A stretch of DNA of 63,377 bases, filler included, from Octopus bimaculoides (GCF_001194135.2; 6 parts of 5 records of this genome joined end to end with filler, not necessarily neighbours in it), one strand, 5' to 3'. Positions 1 to 13,305 are shown, counted from the whole stretch's first letter. Notes: generated by a model from the letters alone, not told the origin. Numbers and translations are program-made.

Positions 1-125
1 TATATAATATATATATATAATTTATGTGTATATAATATATATATATAATTTATGTGTATATAATATATATATATAATTTATGTGTATATAATATATATAT
101 ATAATTTATGTGTATATAATATACA
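1..125. repeat. AT-rich ~31-bp minisatellite
   Basis: Repeated TATATAATTTATGTG-containing units. Confidence 0.85.
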
Positions 126-816
126 TATATATCAGCGAATGAAGGAAAAGTTCCATAAGTGGCTCGTCTGTTTTCCTATGTGTTCATTCTGTTGTCCTTA
201 AAAAAAGCCCTTTTCTCGACATCGATCCTGTTTCACGCCAAGAATAATGGCCGAGGTTTGAAAGCCACCAGAAAAATCACACCTCACCTCTTGCCCAGTT
301 TTCCCTGCCGAATCCAACTAGAAATGAAAATAATTCCTTTCCATAATCAGAAACCAATTTTTCCCCACTTCTATAGCCTTACTAACTCTTTGCTATGTAT
401 ATTTGTTACGTTGAAGCTAGATTCTATCTTCTACTTTCTCTACCAGCAGTTATTAGAACTTTATAATCGATTGTGATCTTGCTCAATAAATTGTACAGTA
501 GCAGGAGCCATGGAAATTCTACGGAACGAAAACAATTAAGAGGAGCTATTTAAGGAAGAAAGGATAATTTGTATACTTATTGCATGTAAATCTTATTGGT
601 GCCTGTGCAATAAATGATTCAAAATATACAATAACAATCTATACATTACTTAATATACATATCATTCGTTAAGATTTAATTATATCCAAACTGCAACATC
701 AATATATAATTGCATATTCCTTATTACGCACTACTCCATCATGCTTACTTTGCATTATATACAATTAATGTTAACAAAACGATACAGAGAATATACACAA
801 AGTTTTTTATTTACAC

Positions 817-959
817 CAGTGGTTCTCAACTGGGGTCCACATGAACTTTGGGGGTCCATATAAGATTTTGTGGTTAAAGTTTATATGCAATAAATTGGTT
901 GTACTTCTTCAATACTTTAACAAAGGGGTCCAGAGGCAAAAAATGGCCGAGAACCACTG
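817..959. mobile_element. hAT (Charlie-like) MITE
   Basis: TIRs CAGTGGTTCTC / GAGAACCACTG. Right flank CTCTAGAT resembles a Charlie target site. The 8-bp TSD is decayed. Confidence 0.7.
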
Positions 960-1081
960 CTCTAGATGGTTTGAATTCCATTGCAAATTAAACAAACAAA
1001 CAAACAAGCATCCACAGCTATTTTGATAAGTTATTTCACTTCCGCTCGCAATAATATATTATATGATATTAACATTTCCCT

Positions 1082-1460
1082 TTGCTGTTGTTGTTGGCAC
1101 TCCATCGCTTACGACGTCGAGGGTTCCAGTCGATCCGATCAACGGAACAGCCTGCTCGTGAAATTAACGTGCAAGTGGCTGAGCACTCCACACACACGTG
1201 TGCCCTTAACATAGTTCTCGAGGATATTCAGCGTGACACAGTGTGACAAGGCTGACCCTTTGAATTACAGGCACAACAGAAACAGGAAGTAAGAGTGAGA
1301 GAAAGCTGTGGTGAAAGAGTACAGCAGGGTTCACCACCATCCCCTGCCGGAGCCTCGTGGAGCTTTAGGTGTTATCGCTCAATAAACACTCACAACGCCC
1401 GGTCTGGGAATCGAAACCGCGATCTTATGACCGCGAGTCCGCTGCCCTAACCACTGGGCC
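1082..1460 (-). mobile_element. tRNA-derived SINE (here family G), near full length
   Basis: Minus-strand head GGCCCAGTGGTTAGG (A box)...GGTTTCGATTCC (B box), (CAA)n tail. Body matches 36531-36787 and the 3' end at 49669-49712. Confidence 0.85.
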
Positions 1461-4044
1461 NNNNNNNNNNNNNNNNNNNNNNNNNNNNNNNNNNNNNNNN
1501 NNNNNNNNNNNNNNNNNNNNNNNNNNNNNNNNNNNNNNNNNNNNNNNNNNNNNNNNNNNNNNNNNNNNNNNNNNNNNNNNNNNNNNNNNNNNNNNNNNNN
1601 NNNNNNNNNNNNNNNNNNNNNNNNNNNNNNNNNNNNNNNNNNNNNNNNNNNNNNNNNNNNNNNNNNNNNNNNNNNNNNNNNNNNNNNNNNNNNNNNNNNN
1701 NNNNNNNNNNNNNNNNNNNNNNNNNNCTCACTCAATCTACCTCTCGATCACTCCCCTCCTCCCCTCTCACTCAATCTACCTCTCGTTCACTCCCCTACTC
1801 CCTTTCTCTAACAAACTAAAGCGTAACGTGTGAACGAACGAACACACGTTCATTATGCTGTAACATGCAACCGAAACAGTAACTAATAACAAAACACCAG
1901 TGAGCCTCCGGAATATACCCCTCAACTCACCTCCCTTTTAAACAACGTGACAAAAAGAAATGTGCTGTTATTGGTGTTCAGTGAACTACGGTGCACAAGT
2001 TTTTATGCTGCCGGAAAGTAACGCATGCCAGCTTTGATGTCAGTTGCATTAGCCTAAGACGATGATATCACCACTAATTATACAACACTTAAAATGTATC
2101 AATAGAGTGTGTTATAATAAAACAAAATATTGCTAATCAATACATGATATATCAATGACAAAATGGCATTACCAAAAAGAAAAGAAACGAAAAGAAAAAC
2201 ATCGATTTCATCAACAACAACAATACGGGTTTCCGTCTTAAACATACGATCAACAAATTTTGAAGGGAGATCAGCCGATACCATCGGCTCCAGTTTTTGA
2301 CTGGCATTTTATTTCATCGCTCCCGAAAAGTTGACCTCAGCGAGTTTTTTTAACATAGAATGTAAAGAGCCGGAGGAAATAATGCAAATAATTTTTTCCG
2401 AATCTCTAACTAGTAGTAGACAGCGGTATATACATTATCCCAGATATTGAATACCATCACCGAATGTAAATATCTCAATGTTCAAAGATCAGAATGTATA
2501 AGTTCCAAGCTTCGGGATACGTAATCTCAAGATGTTCATTACAAAATCAATCACAAAAAAGCAAATACTTTGATTTTTGTTGTCCATTCTCTTTGATTTC
2601 TGTTGATTCTACAATTAATTTTTTCTCTCTCTTATTCTTTCATTTTTTTCTCTCCGCTTTCTTACTCTTTCTCTCTTTTCTCGTTGCATATCTCAGATGT
2701 TTTTATTTCTTACCTCTCTGTTGTGAATATTAATAATTCATTGATTCAGTTTCCTTTTCCCGCGTCTTCGCGTTTTCCTCTAAATCCTTTTACCATTATC
2801 ACTACAAACATCGCCGCCGCTGCCCCCACCACTGTCATGATTACAATAGCTCATACTTTAAAGTTACATCCCTTAACATGACTTAAACGAAGAAAAAATA
2901 TGTACGTAGTTCCAACAGCATTAAACAAAGATGCTCAATAGTGTGTTACGCAGTTTTCCTTCATTCTAGTTATGTATTGATATGTGTGTCACGAGGTGTA
3001 ATTAACAGTTGTCATGGTGGTCATAATATGAAAGATGTGAGATACTGGTGTTTGAGTTGTGTTCGGGTTGCATATAATGAACGTACAGCAATTAACAGAA
3101 TTTCATTTCAACGCACAAATATTTTCCATGTTGGTTTTGAATTAAAAATGCAACAGCAAAATTTACGCACTGGAAGGACAATTCCGTAGTTATTACAAAT
3201 AGCAGAGTAAGCAATTTGCCGATTCGGTTTCGAATCTGTTACATGTCTATGTGTGTGGTCGAATGGTTAAGAACATAGCATCGCAATCACAAGGTTCCGT
3301 ATTGGATCTGTAGAAACGACCGTGCGAACAAAGGAGATGGTGACGAATGGAACAGGCTCCTTTTAACGCGCCGCACGGTCGACACAAAATATAATATGAC
3401 ATAAGAGAACTCACATGTGAAATGCGAGGAAATGCCAGCAAGGAAAGAGAGAGACACAACCGTTAAAGATATATAAAAATAATGGTTTATTGGTATAAAG
3501 TAAAATGTCTGTGTAAGTGTGAGCGAATGCGACGTAATAACACAATATATGACAGGCCGTCATGTAAACAAGAGTATGTATACATAAATATGTGTGTGAG
3601 TGAATGAGAAATACAGAGCATGGAAAAGAGTCTGTAACATGGACGATAAGCGTCCTGAGCACAAAGATAAGAAAATACCAGTTCATAGTTGAGGTACACA
3701 GTAGATAGGAAGTCTGTACATAAGAGGTTGTGGCCGAATAGCAGAGCTGGAGTGTCACATGTCGTGAGAAGAAATTGAGGCTTCGATGCTGCGACTTGGT
3801 ACAGAGAGATTCACGCAGGTTGTTCTGGCTGTTACTTCGTGGTAGAAAGAATCCATACAAACAGTGTCAAGAGAGGCTGCGGTTGCTGTTGGTAGTGTGT
3901 ACGTAGTGACGTCGTGTTGACGTTGGCGACGAGGCTGTAGTAAACAGTAGAACGGTGGTGTTGATGTCGTCGCTGGAAACTGGGTGATTGGTGTTCTGTG
4001 TGGTCAACGACCAGACTTCAGAGAGGTCTGAAGCGGAGACAAAC

Positions 4045-4141
4045 TGGCGTGGATAAAGCAGGCTATTTATATAGAAAAAGGGGCTCCAGAAACATCAGAA
4101 AAACACTCTCTTACGTGACCTTATTAGAAGGCCACGATTGG
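4045..4141 (-). promoter_or_regulatory. Putative Pol II core promoter (TATA, Inr, CCAAT, bZIP-like site)
   Basis: Minus strand: CCAAT 4141-4137, CArG-like CCTTATTAGA 4119-4128, TCACGTAA 4118-4111, TATATAAA 4073-4066, Inr-like CCAGTT with A at 4045. Locally CpG-rich. Confidence 0.5.
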
Positions 4142-4713
4142 TCGGTATGCACCCTGGCGCGAAACAGAACTGGAGACAAATGCCGCGCAAATAAGAGCCA
4201 ACCAGGGTGGTGGACACAGCAGGGTTCAAGGCGGGCCGAGGCTAGATGTTACCCGCTACGTTCGCATTTGTAAATGAATAACCGAGAGAGGAGGTTTCAC
4301 TACAGATCCTTCTGCAAACGCGCCCGTCCTTTGGGCGGTTTAAGTTGCTTTGGTGGTATTTTTTCCACCAAATAATTGAACTATCGAGAAAGTTTATGAG
4401 TCGCACGGCCATCTATGTTTCCGATTAACCTAGAAACAGAAAACCAAATTGAAGGCTGGTTATTGTGGAGGTCGTTGCACTTTAATGATCATAGAACATA
4501 TAAGTTTGCAAGCGATGCAAAGTAGAGCTACTGAAGTGTTTTGGGAGTAGATTACGTATAAGGACTACAAAATATAGTTGTTTTACATGAAAGCGAAATT
4601 TCTTGTCAGAAACAGCCACAAAAATGGTGTAAGGAAACTGAAGGAAGCCGTTGAAACTTCCCTTCTGCGAATTATTTTATTCAACAGCAAAGGGAGCTAT
4701 TTTTGGGGAGAGA

Positions 4714-5073
4714 AGTTTGCAGTGAAAAGATGTTGCATTCGAAATATAATGGATGGGTAAATAAGCATCCTTAAAGTGAAACAACGCATTGGTAGGTAAA
4801 CAAAGATATCAACAATGGCAATATAATACCTACTTGAAAAAGTAGAGTTAAAGGAATGTATTTGCTACGTGCTTACAGTGCACGACCACTCTGAATTTGA
4901 GTTCAGGTAACAAAAAATTAAGACATGAAGAGTTTGACTTCATTTCACGAATACTAGTTTGAAACTTTAGCAGTTTGCAGTGAAAAGATGTTGCATTCGA
5001 AATATAATGGATGGGTAAATAAGCATCCTTAAAGTGAAACAACGCATTGGTAGGTAAACAAAGATATCAACAA
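4714..5073. repeat. Exact 102-bp direct repeat, period 258
   Basis: 4714-4815 identical to 4972-5073. Confidence 0.92.
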
Positions 5074-5229
5074 ATAGAATAGAGGGAAGGGAACATCACC
5101 TGTCAAGTAACTCAGAAAGGGTAAAGGTAAGCTTGCCAAAGTTTAATGCGGTTTAAATATGGTGATTAAGATTGTTTGGTATTGGATATTTATCGCGTAC
5201 ATTGTTCCTAGTCAATTTAATCACTGTCG

Positions 5230-5420
5230 CAGGTAGACAGTCAAAGTAAATAAATAGACAAAGTCTTTTCACTTTTATGATATTCTCTAACCAAGTAATA
5301 ATACACAATTACAACATATATATAAATAACAGGTGGACAGTCGAAATAAATAGACAAAATCCTTCCACTTTTATATTCTCTAACCAAATAATAATACACA
5401 ATTTCAACATATAAATAAAT
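5230..5420. repeat. Imperfect ~100-bp tandem duplication
   Basis: CAGGT(A/G)GACAGTC units start at 5230 and 5330. Confidence 0.85.
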
Positions 5421-5544
5421 AATAAAAAAAAATGTGAAAACCACAAAAAAATATCCTCTAATACCAATAGACGATCATATAGATTTAAAAAGTATGGAAG
5501 ACCCAACATACAAAAAAACTACGTACATACAACGAATTAGAAAA

Positions 5545-5730
5545 AAACCCGTGTAAACCACCATTTTTCCCGGTTTGTCCATTTACGCGGGAGCTCTGGT
5601 ATTATAGTGCATGACCATCCTTGGGACATACGTAATGTGTGCGTAGAGTTTGGTGAAAGTCGGTTGAGAATTGTGGAAATGTATGCGTTAGTCAATATAC
5701 ACACACATACTGTAATTTATATAAACTAGA
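5545..5730 (+). mobile_element. Possible Helentron/DINE-like non-autonomous element end
   Basis: TTTGGTGAAAGTCGGTTGAGAATT...(CA)n...CTAGAT layout. A similar layout occurs at 9289-9552 (GAAATTGGTTGCGTAGTT..(GACA)n..TATAGAT). Confidence 0.35.
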
Positions 5731-8090
5731 TTAGCCGTCAATGAAAGTTTATCGTTCCCTCACCCTTTGTTGAATGTTCCTTCTCTCCACTCTGAAAGGA
5801 TTTTCATTTTGGTTTAGTTTGGAGGAAGGAGCTGCAACTATGCTCTTTGAAGTTCCTTCTAGACCTGTGAATTAGATGCAGTTAACTGTCGTAACCTGAA
5901 AACTGCAAGAATGAGGAGAATTCTAAAAGGAATTCTAGAGAAGACTGGGAATAGTGCTGCGTTTAGATGTGGTTTGCAGTAGACAATTTATAGATCACGA
6001 GTGAAAAGATGAGCAAGTTGGGGACTGTGGAATGGAGATGTGTATATCAGACACGCACAAACACAAGGCATAGGAAGGTAAAGCTGTATAGTTAAGAAGT
6101 TCGTTTCTGCTATAATTCGTGTCATCTGACGAGATAACATTTCTCATTACAAACTCTCGGGAAAAGATGGTGAAGAATTGCGTAAGGTTAACTGTTTGAC
6201 ATTTTCATTGAAACCCGTGTAAAAATTGTTCTCTTGTTTTTTCTTTTTTTTTTATGTTATGTTTTTTTTGTATGTCAACGAAATTTGTAACATGAAATAT
6301 CGATATTACACAAATTCCCTTTCCAAGCTTCTTTTTTGAAAGATAATGGAACATATGGTGTTCTAACTCAATAGTTTTATGTCGTGTACTTTATCAGGCA
6401 CTTTATAAACATTATATACAAACATACCTACACATACGGAAAGAGAAAGAGAGGGGGGAGAGAAAGGGAGGCAGAGAGGGAGGGAGAGAGAGAGGGAGAG
6501 AGAGAGAGAGGGAGAGAGAGAGATTCACATTCACGCGCGCACGCACACACACACATTAGAAACACACATACGCACACAAGCATACGCGCGCGCACATATA
6601 CGCATATTTACACGCACACCACACACATACAAACACACACTGGTACTTATTTTATCGACCTCGAAATGATGAAAGACAAAGTCGACCTCGGTGGAATTTG
6701 AACTCAGAACATAAAGATGGACGAAATGCCACTAAGCATTTCGCCCGGCGTGCTAAGGATTTTGCCAGCTCACCGCTCTCTTATTACTGATAATATGTTG
6801 GTATATCACAGTAACGTACCTATTCATTCTTAATATGTTCTGGTAGATTCGAACGTGAATATCTTATTGCTGCTCGTACTCTTGTTAGTTTCATCAGTCT
6901 GGCGAGGTAGCTTTAACTGACAAGACAAACAATGAGTTCAAAACACCGCATATCTCAACATCCCAACACACCGGCGAATCACGTATGTTATGACCACACA
7001 TCATCAAACAGGTGAAGATGTTTTCCAATGATCAGATATTCACCTTCAAATCTTCCTGAACATATTTAGAGTGAGCTGACACGTTATTGTTTCGATTCTT
7101 GTTGTTCGGCGAGCACCTCATGAATTATCATTGATGTATTGATTATATTATTGTAATATATCGTTCGTTAAATGAATTTGGTCAATTGCATAGTAATTTC
7201 GAATATTCGAGACTGCAAGTTAGCGAATTAGACTACACACGCTCGCGCGCGCGCTTTATAGACTGCATGCTGGGAGAGATGAAAATGGCATGTGAAAACT
7301 ATTGAAATGATAAATTGAAACTCAGAGTGAAATATTTGAATCACGAAGGATGAGAGGTTAATAATTAAAACAGTTTTACAATTTTAACCCAATTTCTAAT
7401 CTGTTTATACTGAGCACAGTATTTTAAACCATTAATTAGTGCTATCAACTCCACTTGGAAATCCTTGGATCTTTGCCAAATTACTGTGAGTCACAGACGT
7501 AACAATAAATTAATCAATAGATTCGATACACCTAAATCTGAAATCGTTTTCAGAATTGTGATTTTTTTTTCTTTGAAAAACACCCTCGCATTCTTTCACT
7601 TCTTTCTTATAGTAATAATGAGTGAGTCACTTGTAATATGCTTTGACTTTCATGCTCCAATATTAACTTCAAAAGCTTCGCTATAGGCAATAGGCGTCAT
7701 GGTGCTATAGGCAATAGGCGTCATGGCTACTCTAATGAATATCTTATATCTTGGGTCTATAGAAGAAAGCGGGAATCTAAATATAGGTTAAATACTTGCC
7801 ATGATGATACAATTTATTGTATTCGATAGCCACGTATCAACTGCTCTCACAGACATTAAAACGTCGTTGAAGCAAAACAAACTGATCAAAGAGTCCCTTT
7901 CTATTTGATTGAAAGGTTCCACGATAATAATCAATAAACGTACACTAATTCTGATAACCTTCAAACCTTGGTCAGTATTTTCTTTCTTTTTTTTCCCCCT
8001 TATCAAAGAAAATCGGTAAAATCAAAAAACGGTGTTAAGGAGATTGCAGAGAAGGGAAAGAGGGAGGGGAAGAGGAAAAGAGAGGGTGGT

Positions 8091-8125
<35 letters not shown>

Positions 8126-9041
8126 AAAGGAAGGAGAGACAGAAGGAGAGGTGGGGGAATGAGAGACAGAGGGAGAGAGAAGAGAGAATTCTGCTTGAAA
8201 ATCAATGATACTTTGACGTGAACAGTTCTTGTTATAAGAGTACAATTTATATTAGTGCACTAGAATCATCAAAGAGTGGGCCATTAGACTCACTTGCGCC
8301 ACACTCTGGGTAACAACGTCACTAATTTTTCTTTCGGGCTTGCTGTAACAGGGGTGGTCTAATTGAGTAAATATAGAGTCACCTTACCGAACACTTGTAC
8401 TTTAGATTTGGTTATATTTTATTCCTAGCAGCAGCATCTGTCATCAGTTCCATTAATGGGTACTTCTCGAAGGTGGGGGTGAGGATGGATTTAATAACAG
8501 CTTTTTCAATCCACGCCTATATGTGCGCGCGCGCGTGTGTAATTAATTCAAATACAGTCAGAAGAAGAATATGTGAACGTAATCTACGTACGTTTTTTCC
8601 GCCCTTCTGGCTTTCTTCTCCCTTCACTCATCTTTTCTCTCTTCCCAGTTTCTCCTGGACTTTTCTCTGGTATCTGACAAAGGACTATATCTCAAACGTT
8701 ATACATTTACTCAATAACTTTTTCCTCTTCTCTGAGAGTCAACCAGATATAGTAGAGCCTCGCAGTACGAGTGCACCATTGTATAAGTACCGACGCTCGT
8801 GTGAATTTTTGTCTTGAAATACGAGTGGAAATCTGCACTACGAGCGAGTTTCACACAAACGACAGCTAGTCGGTAGCCATGATAAAACTCCGAGTTTCGG
8901 ATGTCGGGGCGTAAACCCACGCCGGCATCTCTTCAGTTATCGGGCCATCGAAAAAATTGTCACATTATATTTACAGATATATGTATATATATAGAACAGT
9001 ATTCTATAAGCTTAAAACTTATAGCGATCACCGCGCAATGA

Positions 9042-9188
9042 CTAAGGAAAATAGTCTAATAATGGGGCATATAAGCCCTCGACAGTAAAAGGTAGGTTTT
9101 CCCGTACGCGTGGGACGAGAAACCACATCTCACGCATACGGGAATACCTACCTTTTACTGTCGACTATTATTAGACTATTTCCCTTAG
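9042..9188. repeat. Near-perfect fold-back (MITE-like)
   Basis: Left CTAAGGAAAATAGTCTAATAAT...TCGACAGTAAAAGGTAGG pairs with right CCTACCTTTTACTGTCGA...ATTATTAGACTATTTCCCTTAG. Confidence 0.9.
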
Positions 9189-10524
9189 NNNNNNNNNNNN
9201 NNNNNNNNNNNNNNNNNNNNNNNNNNNNNNNNTTAATTAATTAANNNNNNNNNNNNNNNNNNNNNNNNNNNNNNNNNNNNNNNNNNNNTTCATTTTTAAA
9301 GTGAAAGTATTTGACATGAGTGTTTTTGTTTCACTTTTGACACTTAATACTTAAATAGTGGAGGAGATATTATGTTGCCGTGTGCTCGAACTCTGCAAGA
9401 AGTTAATAATTTTTTTTGACTAAAACACAACTGGAACCCTAAGTAAGGCATGTGTAAAATTTGAATGAAATTGGTTGCGTAGTTCTCGAGTTTTAGGGAT
9501 TCACACAGACAGACAGACAGTCAGACACACATTCTCATTTTTATATATATAGATAATCGTTCTTATTAAATGTCTAAATACCTTTAATGTTTTAGACATT
9601 TCCCTACCAAGAGCACTTACTAGAAATTCAGTATATTGTATTCTCATTGAATATATTTGATTAACGATATCTATATATTTCGTTTTGGGATTTGGTTTGC
9701 AAGATTCTTTATGCGAGTTTGTGTGTTGAAGCATATTCTGTTGTGCCTGGGGAGAGTCATTTTCTTTTTGTGCCTTATAATTTAACACACACACCGGTAA
9801 CATTTCTACTTATTCCTTATTTTTATTTTCCTTGCGTCTTGCAACCTTTTCAATAGTCCTGACTCCGTCCGTTATTTACACTGCGTTCCTTTTTGTTTGT
9901 TTGTGCGCGTGTATGTGTGTGTGTGCCTATTCATGCATGTATGTATGTATGCATGTGTGTGCATGCATATGTATGTGTGTGCATCTATATGTATGTTTTC
10001 TGCATATTCATGTGCTTACGTGTCCGTGTTTGTGTTTTTTATGTATGTGTGTGTGGACACATGTCTCCATATGTATCCTTGTGTGAAATAAAGTGCGTGT
10101 GTATATATGGTCATGTGTTTCAGTTTCCATTTGCGTATGTGTGCTTGTCTGTTCATATAACCTATGTACCTATCCGTCTGTATGTCTCCCCTATGTATGG
10201 CATACATAGGGGAGACATATAGACGGATAGGTACAAACAGCACCATACACAGGTTGATATTTTAATATCAAAGATCCCTATGGATCACACAGGTTGTAAT
10301 CCTTTGAAACATATGTAGAAATAAAGTATGCAATTATAACATGCGTTTTCTCCAATCCTTAAATTCTTGAATATACTCAAATACCCAAAATTTCAAGGAG
10401 TTCCTGCCTTAAAAACAGGAGCTAACCACAGTTATTTTGTGTTCTTTGCTACATTGGTTTCTATTAACCCATTTATTCTATCAGAAGAATTTTTATTCAT
10501 TAAGATAGAAGAAATACACATAAT

Positions 10525-10561
<37 letters not shown>

Positions 10562-10679
10562 ATCTATCAGTGTTTGTCCTTCCCTACTACCAGTGTTGGT
10601 GTATACGTTCCCGTAACTTAGCAGTTTGGCAACAGAGGCGACAAAGTAAGTAACAGGCGTAAAGAAATAAGTAAGGAGG

Positions 10680-11624
10680 TTGATTTGTTCCCCAAATTCT
10701 TCAAGATAGTCATCAACAGCAGATATGATATCATCACTGCAAATCCGGTTCCTTGCCAAGTGTGTTTTCATGCTGGGGAACAGATGATAGTCAAATTTGG
10801 CCAAATCACAAGAATAGGGAAGCTACAGTCACACATAGCAGTCACTGAAAGCAAGGACTTGTGTGCTGGAACATTATCCTCGTGAAACAAGACCCCTTTC
10901 ATCAGTTTCCTGGGCATTTGGTCTTGATAGCCTTTCATGACTGCCCCCAGTAAGTTGGTATAGTACTCTTAATCGATAGTGTGGCCCTTTTGAAGGAAAT
11001 CAATAAGCACAATGCTTTTTGTATCTCCAAAACTGGAGCCATCACCTTCCTGGCAAATGAAACGACCTTGGCCTCCTTTGGAACAGGTGAGGGGTGTTTC
11101 CACTGCATGGATTGTCTCTCTGTCTTTGACTCAAGGTGATGAATCCAACAATCATCCTAGCTTAGGAAAGGTTCAAGGAAACCAGCTGGATCTGCATCAA
11201 ACACTGTCAGATTTTCCCATGATGTGATCAGCCTGCTGTGCTTTTAATCAGGTGTCAAACGACGTCGCAGCCACCAAATAGAAACCTTCGTCACGCCAAG
11301 TTCATTGTGCAGAATATTCTTTACTGTATCACGGGATAGCATTGACTATTTGATTTATAATCAATCCCCTGTCATCCATCACCATGTGGTGAACACGATC
11401 AATGTTTTCCCTGGTGGTAACAGTTGTAGGACGTCTAGACTTTGGGTCATTTTTAAGACTCTCCTTTCCCCTCCTAAATTCACCCCCCCCCACTTTTGCA
11501 CTGTTGATAAAGCTGAAGCGTCAACCCCTTATGTAACAATCATGTCAGCATAAATGTCTTTGGGGGCTAAAAACCCAATTTTCTGCAAGTACTTGATAAC
11601 ATCACGATGCCAAATTTTGTCCAT
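10680..11624 (-). pseudogene. Decayed mariner (DD34D) transposase
   Basis: MDKIWHRDVIKYLQK...TVQKW..EFRRGKESLKNDPKSRRP...DYHLFPSMK, with stops and frameshifts. Confidence 0.88.
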
Positions 11625-12890
11625 TTTCAAGAGAAGTCCCTATTAGTTACTTTTGAAGTCTTCTTTGAAAAGTGAAATGTCAGTTTACCTGGAAAGAAAC
11701 AACGCAGTTATTAAAAAAAAACAAAAACGAAAACAAACAGCTGAAGTGAATGCTTGAAAGATTTCACGGCACTAAGCATCACTCCTTCACAGTCAACATA
11801 TAAACTTTTCCGCTCACCCTCGTAGAGTAGCAGTTAAATATTGGTTTGATGTAGTCGCCTTATCCTTTTCTCCCCAAATTGCTGGCCTTGTGCCATAATA
11901 TAAAACTAATTATAAATGGAATGTTAATGTCTCGATATTTCTGGCTGTCATGAGACTGTTAATTAAAATATGTATACAGTTAAACTACTAAACTATAGTC
12001 ACAAGGCATGAAATTTTGGGGGAGGGAATAGTCAATTACATCGACTGCAGTGCTTAACTGATACTTATTTCATCGACCCCGAAAAGATGAAAGACAAAAT
12101 CGACCTCGGTGGAATTTGAACTCAGAACGAAAAGACGGATGAAATGACACGGCATTTTGTCCAATGTGTTAAGCATCTAAATATAATGGAAATAGCATAT
12201 CTATAGGTAAAGATATGAAATTAAATAATTAGTCTCATTGTAAGTTATCAATTTTTATCATCAACTAAGAGAAAAACAAAGTCACGGAGGAATTTGAACT
12301 CTGTACTGATTGACCGCACTATTAAAATAATATATTCTGTAGGTGTGTGTGCCTTGTGCTTTTTTCACTAAATAAAATATTTCTCTAATTAGCAGCACAT
12401 GCGCAATCAAATTAACCTAACTAAAAAGTTACCTGAACTTTTCGCGCTGTTTTCCTTCTTAAAAGTCATGTGAAAAACAATAGGGAGGTGTACAGTCGAC
12501 CGAATCAACTTTACTCTTTCGGTATAATTTTTGATACTTATTTTATCGATCACAGGTGGAGAAAAAACGAAGTTAATCTCGATAGAATTTGAACTGAAGA
12601 CGTTGAAGGGACGTAATCTCATATGGCAATGCCTTAAGTCCAGCATTTCTTTGCTGTCGTCCGTCATTCTGTTGCTCGTCGTCACCATAATTATCACTGT
12701 TGTAAACAACATCGAACTCATATACTGTTTATGGAGCGATGGTGAAACATATTTCCCTTACTTTCTAACCTTGTTATAAATGTTGTAAAATTTAGGTTCA
12801 CACTGTTCACACGAACTAAAGTTACCAACTTTTTTCTCCATCAAGCAAACGATAGGATACATCTACAAATCCCAACAATACTAACAATAT

Positions 12891-13305
12891 ATGGTCACCA
12901 TGGTTAATTACCGGTTGAGTTTACTGATAGTCGCATCTGCTATTGCTCTTCCCTGGTTACTAACCACATTAGGATGTTGTCCAGACTTCCTTGTTGATAT
13001 TGCTAACTGGTTAAAAGTCACCGATCTTCTCAGCCAGGTGAAAAATGTGTGGAGTTTTCCATATTCATTTGGTTCCAAAAAGTCGGATAACGATCATTCA
13101 ACCCCAGTGTCCGCATCGCCTCACACTTTAGATCCAGACAAGCTAGAAGAAACAGCTTCGGGCGTTTTCACAAAGTCCGAACTGTCTAAATACACAGGTG
13201 AACGAGAGTCAGCTCCTATTTATCTAGCTGTCTTAGGCCAGGTTTTTGATGTCAGTTCAGGCAGGAAATTTTATGGTCCAGGAAATCCCTACAGTTTCTT
13301 CTCAG
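12891..13305 (+). CDS. CYB5D2: Neuferricin (cytochrome b5 domain-containing 2, MAPR family) exon 1 of 4
   Basis: Hydrophobic N-terminus, then FTKSELSKYTG...[30 protein letters not shown] (cyt-b5-like heme/steroid-binding domain). Donor G|GTGAG at 13306, phase 1. Start could be 12891 or 12900. Confidence 0.93.

Noticed and set aside
4714-5420. CRISPR-like array
   Set aside because: Eukaryotic DNA with only two long repeat units and no repeat-spacer periodicity.
9233-9244. TTAATTAATTAA islands inside N runs (also 22159, 43553, 51589, 62107)
   Set aside because: Always 44 N + 12-mer + 44 N = 100 bp. A palindromic stop-in-all-frames scaffolding spacer, not biology.
12762-12841. Minus-strand ATG exon MEKKVGNFSSCEQC... 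with a GTAAGG donor, head-to-head with neuferricin
   Set aside because: Only 50 bp from the neuferricin ATG, with no recognisable homology or downstream exon. Likely chance.
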